A stretch of 64,000 nucleotides of DNA from positions 640,001-704,000 of the forward strand of contig OZ244065.1 of assembly GCA_965215505.1 (NCBI GenBank), in the 5' to 3' direction. Origin of the DNA: Capsulimonadaceae bacterium. GTDB lineage: Bacteria > Armatimonadota > Armatimonadia > Armatimonadales > Capsulimonadaceae. The position numbers and the translations under genes were made by a program. Below, in pieces: positions 9,134 to 17,766 of the stretch. The stretch's first letter is position 1, and each line of letters opens with the position of its first letter. Below the pieces are notes generated by a model. It was not told the origin of the DNA. It did no database searches and saw only the letters and a program-made list of their open reading frames with translations.

Positions 9134-9209
9134 TGGTGGAGGATAGCGGGTTCGAACCGCTGACCTTCTCAATGCCATTGAGACGCGCTACCAACTGCGC
9201 TAATCCCCC
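9134..9209 (-). tRNA. tRNA-Ala (GGC)
   Basis: GGGGGATTAGCGCAGTTGGTAGCGCGTCTCAATGGCATTGAGAAGGTCAGCGGTTCGAACCCGCTATCCTCCACCA: 76 nt, G3:U70 pair, encoded CCA. Confidence 0.97.
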
Positions 9210-9226
9210 ACGCGGCGACGGAGTGT

Positions 9227-9255
9227 ATTATACACGCCCCCGCCGGAAAAATCAA
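9227..9255 (-). promoter_or_regulatory. Sigma70 promoter for tRNA-Ala (TTGATT-17-TATAAT)
   Basis: Near-consensus hexamers with 17-bp spacing just upstream of the tRNA. Confidence 0.8.
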
Positions 9256-9279
9256 GCCTTGCGGCAAGATTTTTCGGAT

Positions 9280-9924
9280 TTACCCCGTCCCGTAGGCATC
9301 GTTGACGATGGCGGCGATGGCCCTCTCGGGCTTGCCGCCGACGTAGAACCAGAGCAGGTACGCGAGATGCCCTAGCGTCCACACGATCAGCAGGGGCCAG
9401 TAGAGGCCGAGCGGCGCATAATGCGGCACCATCTGTGGGAGGAGCTGCCAGGCCCGGAAGGCAGCCAGGGCGTAGGTCAGGCCGCCGCCGACCGTGAACG
9501 ACACGGTGCTGGCGCTGATGAAGGTGTAGGGGCGGGTCAGGTCCAGGGCGACGAACTTGGGGCCGGGCGTTTTGTAGATGTAGACGTCCTCCATGCGGTG
9601 CGCCACCAGGAAGTCGCCGCCGAGCAGCGCGTTGATCTTCTTCTCCAGGGCGGTGGCATAGATGCGGGCGAACAGGTTGTAGGTCAGCAGGTACGCGCAG
9701 AAGAACCCGGCATAGACGATGAAGAACGGCAGCACGAAGATGGCCGCCCGCAGGGGGTGGTAGAGGCTGACGGCGACGTTCAGCAGCGTCAGGACCGTGA
9801 ACAGGTGGGTGGCCTGGAAGAACTGGACGTAGTAGCCGTAGTGCATGCCCCGCATCCTCTCAAGCTGGGCCTGGAGGACGCGGAGCTGCGTGTCGGCGAG
9901 TTTCTCGGTGGGTTCGGTCGCCAT
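9280..9924 (-). CDS. Hypothetical membrane protein
   Basis: 214 aa, about 4 hydrophobic segments, 12 bp downstream of the cytochrome c gene. Confidence 0.75.
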   Translation of the reverse strand: MATEPTEKLADTQLRVLQAQLERMRGMHYGYYVQFFQATHLFTVLTLLNVAVSLYHPLRAAIFVLPFFIVYAGFFCAYLLTYNLFARIYATALEKKINALLGGDFLVAHRMEDVYIYKTPGPKFVALDLTRPYTFISASTVSFTVGGGLTYALAAFRAWQLLPQMVPHYAPLGLYWPLLIVWTLGHLAYLLWFYVGGKPERAIAAIVNDAYGTG

Positions 9925-9936
9925 AAAGATCGGGTT

Positions 9937-10320
9937 CTACTTCTGGCTCTTCAGGAAGGCGTAGAGCGGGGCGCTCTTGGCGGCGGGCATGTGGTAGACC
10001 GGCATCGGCTTCCGGACTTTGCCGCCGTCCTCGGTGACGCCGGTGTCCATCATGCGCTCCCAGGTCGCCAGCGTGTACTTGGCGGTCACGCCGGTTGCGC
10101 GGATCGAGGGCGAGAAACCCTGCTTGCCGGCATAGGTGGCCGAGTGGCAGCCGTTACAGCCGTTGCTCTCGGCGACCGCTTTGCCCGCCGCGATCTGGGC
10201 GGCGGGGGAGGCCGCAGGCTTTTTCGCCTTGGGCGGCGCGGCGGGGCTATTCTGGATGCCGGCCAGGGTGACGCACAGGCCGAAGGCTAGGGTCAGGGCG
10301 GCGGGGGGCGTCATTCGCAT
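9937..10320 (-). CDS. Monoheme c-type cytochrome
   Basis: Signal peptide, CNGCH and distal MP. Confidence 0.9.
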   Translation of the reverse strand: MRMTPPAALTLAFGLCVTLAGIQNSPAAPPKAKKPAASPAAQIAAGKAVAESNGCNGCHSATYAGKQGFSPSIRATGVTAKYTLATWERMMDTGVTEDGGKVRKPMPVYHMPAAKSAPLYAFLKSQK

Positions 10321-10535
10321 GGGTCATTTGCTCCGTGTGAGATTGTTCAAGTGTGCCTTAGAATAGCACACGGCCTAAGAGACTGTCAAGCACCCGCCAT
10401 TCTGTGGACGGCGCTGTTTAAAGACGCAAGGCGGATGACAATGGTTCCCCGGCATCGGCGGGAAGGAAAAGCGGCGGTGCGCGCATAACCTTGACACAGA
10501 AAACGCTTTGACGGATGCTTGCGGAGGAGACACAC

Positions 10536-11429
10536 ATGGCAATCGCATTTCGGATACCCGGCTCATTGAAGATGCCGCTGCCGGAACTGGCACACTGGGC
10601 CGCCGACCACGGCTTCGGCGCGCTCGACATCGGCGCCCCCACGCCCGAGGCCGTGGAGGCCGTCCGGGGCGCGGGCCTGGAGGTCGGCACGTTCGACCTG
10701 TGGGGGACGGGCGGGCTGCTCTCGCCGGACGCCGCCCAGCGGCAGGAGGCCGCAGACAAGATCGCCGAGACGGCCAAGCGCGCCCAGGATCTGGGGCTGA
10801 CCAGGGCGTTCGGCGTCTTCCTGCCCCCGGACGACGGCCAGGGGCGCGGCGTCAGCTTCGCGAACTGGTCGGAGGGCTGGCCCGCCGCCAGCGAGGCGCT
10901 GGCCTCGGCGGGCGTCGCCTTCTGCATGGAGGGCTACCCCGGCGGCGGGCCGCACTACCCCGCCCTGGGCGTGACGCCCGAAACCGTCCGCGCCATGCTG
11001 GCCGTGGACGCCGAAAAAGGCGCGGGCGCTTTGAAGCTGAACTACGACCCCAGCCACCTCGTCCGCGTCGGCGTGGACCCGCTGCGGTTCCTGTCCGAGT
11101 TCGGCGCGCACGTCCGCCACGCCCACGGCAAGGACACCGCCCTGAACCCCAACCTGCTTTATGAAACCGGCAGTCTGGGCGCGTCCCTGCCACACGATTA
11201 CCCCGGTTCGGCCGCCAAAAACCAGCCCGGCTTCGGAGAGGGCTGGTGGCGCTACTGCATCCCCGGCGACGGCGTCACGTCCTGGAGCGGGGTGGCGGGG
11301 CTGCTGTCCCAGAACGGTTTCGCTGGCCACGTCTCGGTGGAACTCGAAGACTTCCGCTACAACGGGTCGCGCGAGGGCGAGATGAAGGGCCTGATCCGCT
11401 CCCAGCAGTACCTTTCCCGGTTCTTCTAA
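10536..11429 (+). CDS. Sugar phosphate isomerase/epimerase (xylose isomerase-like TIM barrel)
   Basis: NYDPSH, HAHGKD, PGDG and VELED motifs. GGAGGAG RBS. Confidence 0.9.
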   Translation: MAIAFRIPGSLKMPLPELAHWAADHGFGALDIGAPTPEAVEAVRGAGLEVGTFDLWGTGGLLSPDAAQRQEAADKIAETAKRAQDLGLTRAFGVFLPPDDGQGRGVSFANWSEGWPAASEALASAGVAFCMEGYPGGGPHYPALGVTPETVRAMLAVDAEKGAGALKLNYDPSHLVRVGVDPLRFLSEFGAHVRHAHGKDTALNPNLLYETGSLGASLPHDYPGSAAKNQPGFGEGWWRYCIPGDGVTSWSGVAGLLSQNGFAGHVSVELEDFRYNGSREGEMKGLIRSQQYLSRFF

Positions 11430-11437
11430 AGACTTCC

Positions 11438-12238
11438 ATGTCTGAGACTGTCACCGTGCTGCGCGACTTGACCTACGCCGTCCAGGACGGCAGGCCGCTC
11501 ACGCTCGACCTGTACCTGCCGCCCGCGTTAGGCCCCTGCCCGCTCATCGTCTGGGTACACGGCGGGGCCTGGTACGAGGGCAGCAAGGAATACTGCCCGG
11601 CCGCGCCGCTGACCGAGTGGGGGTACGCGGTCGCCAGCATCAACTACCGCCTGAGCCACGAGGCCCTCTTCCCGGCCCAAATCCACGACTGCAAGGGTGC
11701 CGTCCGCTGGCTGCGCGCGCACGCCGCCGAGTACGGACTGGACGCGGGCCGCGTCGGCGCGTGGGGCGACTCGGCGGGCGGCCACCTCGTCGCCCTGCTC
11801 GGCACCTCCGCCGACGCCGCCGAACTAGAAGGCACCGTCGGCGGCAATGGGGACCAGTCCAGCCGGGTACAGGCCGTGTGCGACTGGTACGGCCCGACCG
11901 ACATGCTCCAGATGAGCAGCGCCCCCAGCGAGATCGACCACGATGCGCCTGACTCGGCGGAGGCGCGGCTGTTTGGCGGCCCCATCCACGAGAAGCGCGA
12001 CCTGGTGCGGCTCGCCAATCCGGTCACCTTTCTCCGGCCCGACGCGCCGCCGTTCCTGATCGTCCACGGCGACAAGGACCCCATCGTCCCGCTCCATCAG
12101 AGCGGGATTCTGGCCGACGCCCTGCGCGCGGCGGGCATCCCGGTGACGTTCCTCACGGCCGCCGGGGCCGGGCACGGCTTTGACGACCCTCTGTACTGGC
12201 AGAAAGCGGCAGAGTTCTTCGACGAGACACTGGCCTGA
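11438..12238 (+). CDS. Alpha/beta hydrolase (esterase/lipase)
   Basis: HGGAW, GDSAGG, HGDKD and GH motifs. Confidence 0.92.
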   Translation: MSETVTVLRDLTYAVQDGRPLTLDLYLPPALGPCPLIVWVHGGAWYEGSKEYCPAAPLTEWGYAVASINYRLSHEALFPAQIHDCKGAVRWLRAHAAEYGLDAGRVGAWGDSAGGHLVALLGTSADAAELEGTVGGNGDQSSRVQAVCDWYGPTDMLQMSSAPSEIDHDAPDSAEARLFGGPIHEKRDLVRLANPVTFLRPDAPPFLIVHGDKDPIVPLHQSGILADALRAAGIPVTFLTAAGAGHGFDDPLYWQKAAEFFDETLA

Positions 12239-12271
12239 ACAAGACAAGGAACGGAGACGAGGCACGGACCC

Positions 12272-12682
12272 ATGCCCGAGGAGCAGAATCAAGACGCCCG
12301 ACTGATCGAGTGGTCGGTGGCGCAGAACAACTGGACGCAGGCGAAGTCCGACCTCGCCACCGCCGCGACGCTGATGGACGCCGGCATCCACTACGCCGCC
12401 GTCTTCTTCGGCCAGCAGGCCGCCGAGAAGTCCCTGCGCGCCGCCTGCATCCTGCACCTGCAAAAGAACCCGCGCGGCCACAACATCATCCAGAGCGCCA
12501 ACGACCTCCAGGCCCCCCTGGAAGTGATGAACGCCGCCGCCGAGCTGAACTCCGACTTCCTCACCGCCCGCTCGGTCGAGGCGGCCGGCGGCGTCCCCGC
12601 CCATCTCTACGACCGCGAGAGCGCCGAGCGGCACCTCGACGCGGCGCGGGCGATCTCGGAGTGGGTGAAGGAGATGATGTAG
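12272..12682 (+). CDS. HEPN domain protein (MNT-partner class), no adjacent nucleotidyltransferase
   Basis: AKSDL...AVFFGQQAAEKSLRA...GHNI pattern. Confidence 0.8.
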   Translation: MPEEQNQDARLIEWSVAQNNWTQAKSDLATAATLMDAGIHYAAVFFGQQAAEKSLRAACILHLQKNPRGHNIIQSANDLQAPLEVMNAAAELNSDFLTARSVEAAGGVPAHLYDRESAERHLDAARAISEWVKEMM

Positions 12683-12950
12683 AAACTCCTGGCGAAATCC
12701 TTTCCGGTTTTGTCTGCCGCCCGCGAGTGACAGAATAAAACCCTTCAGCTCACCGGAGGCCAAAAAAATCCTTCCTGCGTCTACCGAGAAGCTGCCCGGA
12801 CTCAGCCTGGGCGAGTTCGAGACGGCGGTGCTTTCCTTTGCCACCGGCGAGGACCAGGAAAGTCAGCAGGTCTAAGCGATGCAGCAGGGAGGGATGCACG
12901 CGGGCAATCGGGAAACCTCTCGGATGCCTGCGTGCCAGGAGGATCATGTC

Positions 12951-13577
12951 ATGGAAGATCAAGTCGCAATCGAAGCCGGACCGACCACACAGGACAGCGT
13001 CTACACCATCGGGCACTCGAACCACACGCTGGAGGTCTTCCTCGGGCTGCTGAAAAGTCACGAGATCGAGGTGCTGATAGACACGCGCTCGGCACCGTTC
13101 TCGCGCTACTCCCCGCACTTCAACCGGGACAGCATCAAGGCGGCGGCGCAGGAGGCGGGGATCAGGTACGGCTTCTACGGGCGGCACCTGGGGGGCAGGC
13201 CGGACGACGAGGACTACTACGACGAGGATGGCCGCGTCGTGTACTCGCAGATCGCCAGGTCCTTCCTGTTCACCGAAGGCATCGAGCGGCTGATGGAGGG
13301 AATCCAGAGGTTCCGCACGGCCATCTTTTGCAGCGAGGAGAACCCCTCGATCTGCCACCGGCGGCTGTTGGTCGGGCGCGTCCTGTTCGAGCAGGGCGTC
13401 GCAGTGCATCACATCCGTGGAACCGGGCTGGTCGAAGAGGAGGCGGAACTGCGGCGTCAGGAGGAAGCCGAGAGGAGCCGCCAGCAGGTACTCTTCGAAG
13501 AGGAGACAGTCGCGGAATGGAAATCTATTCTATCGGTTTCACCCAGAGTACGGCCGCAGACTTCTTCGGACGACTGA
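12951..13577 (+). CDS. DUF488 domain protein
   Basis: YTIGHSN, IDTRSAPFSR, LGGRP and FCSEENPSICHRR. AGGAGG RBS. Confidence 0.9.
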   Translation: MEDQVAIEAGPTTQDSVYTIGHSNHTLEVFLGLLKSHEIEVLIDTRSAPFSRYSPHFNRDSIKAAAQEAGIRYGFYGRHLGGRPDDEDYYDEDGRVVYSQIARSFLFTEGIERLMEGIQRFRTAIFCSEENPSICHRRLLVGRVLFEQGVAVHHIRGTGLVEEEAELRRQEEAERSRQQVLFEEETVAEWKSILSVSPRVRPQTSSDD

Positions 13578-13954
13578 GGGGGGCCGGCATCAGGCGGCTG
13601 CTGGACGTCCGCCTGAATAACGTGTCACAGCTCGCTGGCTTCGCGAAGCGCGACGACTTATGCTTTTTCTTGAAAGAGCTGTGCGGCGCAGAGTATCTCC
13701 ATGAGACACTGCTCGCGCCCAGCCGGGAGATGCTGGACGCTTACAAGAAGCAGAAGGGAACCTGGCAGGAATATGAGCGGCTTTTCCTCTCGCTCATGGC
13801 CTCCCGGAAAGTCGAAGAGACGCTAGACCGGGCGCTTTTTGAGACGCCCACGGTGCTGCTTTGCAGTGAACACACGGCGGAGAATTGCCACCGGCGACTC
13901 GTTTTGGAGTATTTGCGGGACAAATGGGGTGGCGTAGACATCATCCACTTATGA
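13517..13954 (+). CDS. DUF488 domain protein (second subtype)
   Basis: IYSIGFTQ, LDVRLNNVSQLAGFAKRDDL and LLCSEHTAENCHRR. Overlaps the previous gene by 61 bp. Confidence 0.9.
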   Translation: MEIYSIGFTQSTAADFFGRLRGAGIRRLLDVRLNNVSQLAGFAKRDDLCFFLKELCGAEYLHETLLAPSREMLDAYKKQKGTWQEYERLFLSLMASRKVEETLDRALFETPTVLLCSEHTAENCHRRLVLEYLRDKWGGVDIIHL

Positions 13955-13981
13955 ATGGCAGGAAGCCGAAAGGGGGGCGGG

Positions 13982-14665
13982 ATGCCCAAAATAGACATGA
14001 TCTGTCTGGCGAATTCGAGGAAGCTTCAGGGCCGGTGCGTGGCCGGCCTTCGGACGGATGGGGAGGGATGGATCAGGCCCGTCGCGATGGCCCCAATGGG
14101 CACGCTCCATCCGGGCCACTACATGCTGCAAAACGTCACGCAGCCGCTCTTGATGGACGTGATCCGCGTGAGCTGTTCCCACCGGCAGGCCGAGCCGCAC
14201 CAGCCGGAGAACTGGCTGATCGACGGCACGGGATGGCAGCTCATGTCCCGGCCCGCGCCCGCCGAATACGACGCGCTCCTGCGGGACGGACTCGCCTCCG
14301 GCCCCGGCCTGCTGGGGAACATGGGCAGCCGGGTGGATTATGCCACGCTGGTGTCTGCGCCCGTCGTCTCGTCGCTCGCGCTGGTCGTCTCGGAAGACCT
14401 TCAGTGGCACGTCACGACGAACTTCCGGGGCGGGCGGCAGGCGAAAGCCAGGTTCAAACACGCGGGCGCGGGTTATGACCTGTCCATCCCCGGCCCGTGC
14501 TGGCTGTCGCGCCTGGACGATCTGCCCCCCGGCACTTACCCGGTGTCGGCGGCAAACGTCGCAGCCGGCGAGTCCGTCATGCTGACCGTCAGCCTGGGCG
14601 AGCCGACGCCATGGGACAACTGCTGTTACAAGGTGATCGCGGGCGTCATCGTGGCGCAACGGTAG
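13982..14665 (+). CDS. Dual OB-fold (DuOB)-like protein, copy 1
   Basis: ICLANSRK..GRCVAG...WIRPV...HQPEN...SLALV...TVSLGEP...CYKVIAGVI. Confidence 0.8.
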   Translation: MPKIDMICLANSRKLQGRCVAGLRTDGEGWIRPVAMAPMGTLHPGHYMLQNVTQPLLMDVIRVSCSHRQAEPHQPENWLIDGTGWQLMSRPAPAEYDALLRDGLASGPGLLGNMGSRVDYATLVSAPVVSSLALVVSEDLQWHVTTNFRGGRQAKARFKHAGAGYDLSIPGPCWLSRLDDLPPGTYPVSAANVAAGESVMLTVSLGEPTPWDNCCYKVIAGVIVAQR

Positions 14666-14706
14666 GTCATGGACTGGCCTTGATTTCGACAGGGAGGTGG
14701 CTTGAA

Positions 14707-15369
14707 ATGCCGACACTGGATGTCATCTGTCTCGCGAACTCTCATAAGCACAGCGGCCGGTGCGTCGCGGGCCTGCGGCTGGATGGCGGGGGCTGGGTGC
14801 GCCCCGTCTCCACGGAGCCGGAGGGCGTCTTGCAGGCGTGGCACTACACGCTGGCGGGCGGCGGGGAGGCGGCCCTGCTGGATGTCCTGCGGATGCGGCT
14901 GACTGCCCCGCGCCCGGACCCGCACCACCCGGAGAACTGCCGGATGGACTATGGCCTATGGGGGCTGGTCGTCCGGCCCCTACCCCCGGAGGCGCGGGAG
15001 GTTCTATGGGAGAGCCTCGCACCCGGCCCGGACCTGCTGGGCGACCGCGAGGACAAGATCGCCTACGCCGCCCTGGTGAAGCGGCCCGCCCTCGCATCGC
15101 TGGCCTTGATACGTCCTGAAGGGTTGTCATGGCAAGTCCGGCAGCACGATCCGGCGGGCAAGCGACAAACGCGGGCGGTGTTCCATCTGGCCGAGGCCTG
15201 GTATAATCTGCCCGTGACCGACCCGGTCTGGCTGAAAGCCCTGGCGTCCCATGCGCCCGGCTCCTACCCGGAAGTGTGCGCCGAGACTTTGCTGACGGTC
15301 AGCCTCAGCGAGCCGTTCGCCCGCGACGGGTTCTGCTACAAGCTGGTCGCCGCCGTCATCGCGCCGTAG
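14707..15369 (+). CDS. Dual OB-fold (DuOB)-like protein, copy 2
   Basis: Clear paralogue of copy 1: ICLANSHK..GRCVAG...WVRPV...HHPEN...SLALI...VTDP...TVSLSEP...CYKLVAAVI. Confidence 0.8.
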   Translation: MPTLDVICLANSHKHSGRCVAGLRLDGGGWVRPVSTEPEGVLQAWHYTLAGGGEAALLDVLRMRLTAPRPDPHHPENCRMDYGLWGLVVRPLPPEAREVLWESLAPGPDLLGDREDKIAYAALVKRPALASLALIRPEGLSWQVRQHDPAGKRQTRAVFHLAEAWYNLPVTDPVWLKALASHAPGSYPEVCAETLLTVSLSEPFARDGFCYKLVAAVIAP

Positions 15370-15381
15370 GAGCCGGTCACC

Positions 15382-15882
15382 ATGTCCGAAGCCGAAGACC
15401 CCGCCCTGAGCCTCGTGCGACAAACGCTGGAAACCGCTCACCGCGAGTATGACCAGGGCATCCTGGAGAGCAGCCCGGCGCAGGTGCTGGCGTTCTACGA
15501 GAAGTGGACCGCGCCGGACTTCGAGGAACGGGACAACCCGAAAGGCCATGTGACGGGCCGGGCGGGGATGCTGGCGCTCATGGCACAGGTCGCGGCCTCC
15601 GGGAGCCTCGGCGGTGACATGGTAGCATTGGAAGCCAGCACCAGCATCGCCGAACTTGCCGTCGAAGGAAGCCGCGCCGTCGCCGTGACGACCAACAAGT
15701 ACCGCTGCCGTCAGACGGACACGCAGGGGTGGTACGGCACCAGCGGCGCAGAGCATGAGGCCGAGATGGTGAGCCGCTGGCGGCAGACGTGGGTGAAGGA
15801 TGAGGAGGGCTGGCGGTTGCAGGTCAATCAACTGCTGGACACTCAGACATATGTTGACGGGCTACTTTTCGTGCACCGATGA
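15382..15882 (+). CDS. NTF2/SnoaL-like (DUF4440-like) protein
   Basis: APDF...G...GR and WRQTWVKDEEGWRL pattern. 12 bp after DuOB copy 2. Confidence 0.65.
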   Translation: MSEAEDPALSLVRQTLETAHREYDQGILESSPAQVLAFYEKWTAPDFEERDNPKGHVTGRAGMLALMAQVAASGSLGGDMVALEASTSIAELAVEGSRAVAVTTNKYRCRQTDTQGWYGTSGAEHEAEMVSRWRQTWVKDEEGWRLQVNQLLDTQTYVDGLLFVHR

Positions 15883-15889
15883 GGTCTAG

Positions 15890-16055
15890 CCCCGGCCTGA
15901 AGGCTGGGCCTACACGGATGGGCTGCCCCTTCGGGGCTTCGGAGAATGCCATCCCGAGCTGTAGGGGCGCCGCTTGCCGCGCCCTCTTGCGGGGCCGCGC
16001 TCCGAAGCCCCGAAGCGGGCGGCCCATCCGTGCAGACCGGCGGTTTAACGCTGGG
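15890..16055. repeat. Four-hairpin palindromic element with a nested GTAG REP (15961-15985)
   Basis: CCCCGGCC-TGAA-GGCTGGG, then CGGATGGGCTGCCCCTTCGGGGCTTCGGAG ... CTCCGAAGCCCCGAAGCGGGCGGCCCATCCG, with central GTAGGGGCGCCGCTTGCCGCGCCCT. Confidence 0.75.
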
Positions 16056-16076
16056 ACGTCTGGAAAAGAACCAAAA

Positions 16077-17495
16077 ATGAAATCCATTTCCCGGACCCGC
16101 AATCAGGGCCGCACCGCTCTTTGCTCGTCCCTCTGTGTGCGCCGGTGCCTGACGGCCCTGCTGCTGGCCGCAGCGGTCGTGTTGCCGCCGTCCGCTCACG
16201 CGCAGAGCCAGACGACCGCCGTGAGAGCAGCAGACTTCCTCGGCAGCATTGGTGCAAACTCCTCGATTTCCAAGCGCGGGGAGACGTTGCAGGACACCAT
16301 CAAGGCCGCGCGATACATCGGGCTGGGGTGGATCAGGGCGGGCTATGAGGGCGACATCCCCATCGAGGACCTCCTTGCGCTCCATCAGCAGGCCGGGGTG
16401 CGCTTCTCCTACGGCCTGGGGAGCGGCGGGGCAGACATCCCGAGGCTGCTGGCGGGTGGCCGGAGGCTGGCGGCGGCGGGTGCGCTGCTGGCGATCGAGG
16501 GGCCGAACGAGCCGAACAACTGGGGCCTCACCTATCAGGGCGAGAAAGGGGGCGGTGGGGCACCCTCGTGGCTTGCCGTGGCGAAGTTGCAGCGGGACCT
16601 GTACCAAGCCGTCAAGAGTGACCCGGTTCTGAAGAAGTACCCCGTGTGGAGCATCAGCGAGAATGGGGCCGAGACGGACAACGTGGGCCTGCAATTCCTG
16701 ACCATCCCCGCCGGCACAAACGGCCTGATGCCGGACGGCACGCGCTACGCCGACGCCGCGAACGTCCACAACTACATCTACCACCCGAACTCTCCCGGCC
16801 TGAACGACAACAAGACCTGGAACGCCGCCGACCCGAGTCCCGCCTGCAAGGTGGACGGCCTGTACGGCAACTACGGCTCGACCTGGGCGCACCACTACGC
16901 GGGCTATTCCAGTGCAGCCCTCGAAACGCTGCCGCGCGTCACCACGGAGACAGGCGGGGCCATCGGCGGGGTCATCACCGAGGACGTTCACGCCCTGAAC
17001 CTTATGACCATGTACCTGGACCAGTTCAAGCGCGGCTGGAGCGACACCGACGTTTACCTGCTGCGGGACCGGAGCGACGAGTCGGGGAACCAGCAGTACG
17101 GCTTCTACAGGCCGGACTACACGCCGCGCAAGGCGGCCGTCTACCTCCACAACCTGACCTCGGTTCTGGCCGACCACGGCACACTGAGAACGCCGGGGAA
17201 GTTTGGCTACTCGATCCCGAATGAGCCGGCCACCGTCCATGATCTGCTGCTGCAAAAGAGCAGCGGCGTCTTTGAACTGGTGGTGTGGGATGAGCAGATC
17301 AGTGGGAACAGCAGGGTTCGGGTAAACCTCGGCCGCGCCTTCCCGTCGGAGAAGATTTACGATCCGACGGTTGGAACGGAGCCTGTGCGGACGGTTCGCA
17401 ATGCCGCTTCGCTCACGCTGACGTTGAGCGATCACCCTGTAATCATTGAGGTGCCAAGCAGTGTCGGGCGCGAGCAGCCCAGCGGGACGAGATGA
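16077..17495 (+). CDS. Secreted glycoside hydrolase-like protein (clan GH-A TIM barrel)
   Basis: Signal peptide (AHA), EGPNEP acid/base, VTTETG nucleophile and C-terminal beta domain. Confidence 0.75.
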   Translation: MKSISRTRNQGRTALCSSLCVRRCLTALLLAAAVVLPPSAHAQSQTTAVRAADFLGSIGANSSISKRGETLQDTIKAARYIGLGWIRAGYEGDIPIEDLLALHQQAGVRFSYGLGSGGADIPRLLAGGRRLAAAGALLAIEGPNEPNNWGLTYQGEKGGGGAPSWLAVAKLQRDLYQAVKSDPVLKKYPVWSISENGAETDNVGLQFLTIPAGTNGLMPDGTRYADAANVHNYIYHPNSPGLNDNKTWNAADPSPACKVDGLYGNYGSTWAHHYAGYSSAALETLPRVTTETGGAIGGVITEDVHALNLMTMYLDQFKRGWSDTDVYLLRDRSDESGNQQYGFYRPDYTPRKAAVYLHNLTSVLADHGTLRTPGKFGYSIPNEPATVHDLLLQKSSGVFELVVWDEQISGNSRVRVNLGRAFPSEKIYDPTVGTEPVRTVRNAASLTLTLSDHPVIIEVPSSVGREQPSGTR

Positions 17496-17540
17496 CTGCT
17501 GTCACGCGCGGAAGTCGCAGGGAAGCCAAGGAGAGCGCAG

Positions 17541-17682
17541 GGACGAGTGATTGAAACCACTCGCGACGCAGGGACCTGTCCAGGGGACAGAAGAAGCACC
17601 GGGCGTCTCCATCGTGTTTTGGCTCTGCCCCCTTGTCCTTTGGACAAATCTTACCGAAGCGAGTGATTTCGATCACTCGTCC
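17541..17682. repeat. Four-hairpin palindromic element, related to 8897-9033
   Basis: GACGAGTGAT-TGAA-ACCACTCG, TGTCCAGGGGACA, TGTCCTTTGGACA, CGAGTGAT-TTCG-ATCACTCGTC. Confidence 0.8.
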
Positions 17683-17701
17683 GGCTTACTCGTCCGGCTC
17701 G

Positions 17702-17743
17702 CTGCAACACCTGTTGCAGTCAGTGCGTAAAGTCGTTTATGAT
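17702..17743 (+). promoter_or_regulatory. Candidate xylB promoter with an operator palindrome over the -35
   Basis: CTGCAACA-CC-TGTTGCAG perfect IR. TTGCAG-18 bp-TATGAT. Confidence 0.45.
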
Positions 17744-17766
17744 CTAACATCACAGGAAACAACAGA

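Noticed and set aside
9134-9209. tRNA as integration site for the 2.5-9 kb accessory region
   Set aside because: No integrase, and I found no duplicated tRNA 3' end by eye.
12700-12940. Possible nucleotidyltransferase remnant between HEPN and DUF488
   Set aside because: The frames I translated show no GS/DxD motif.
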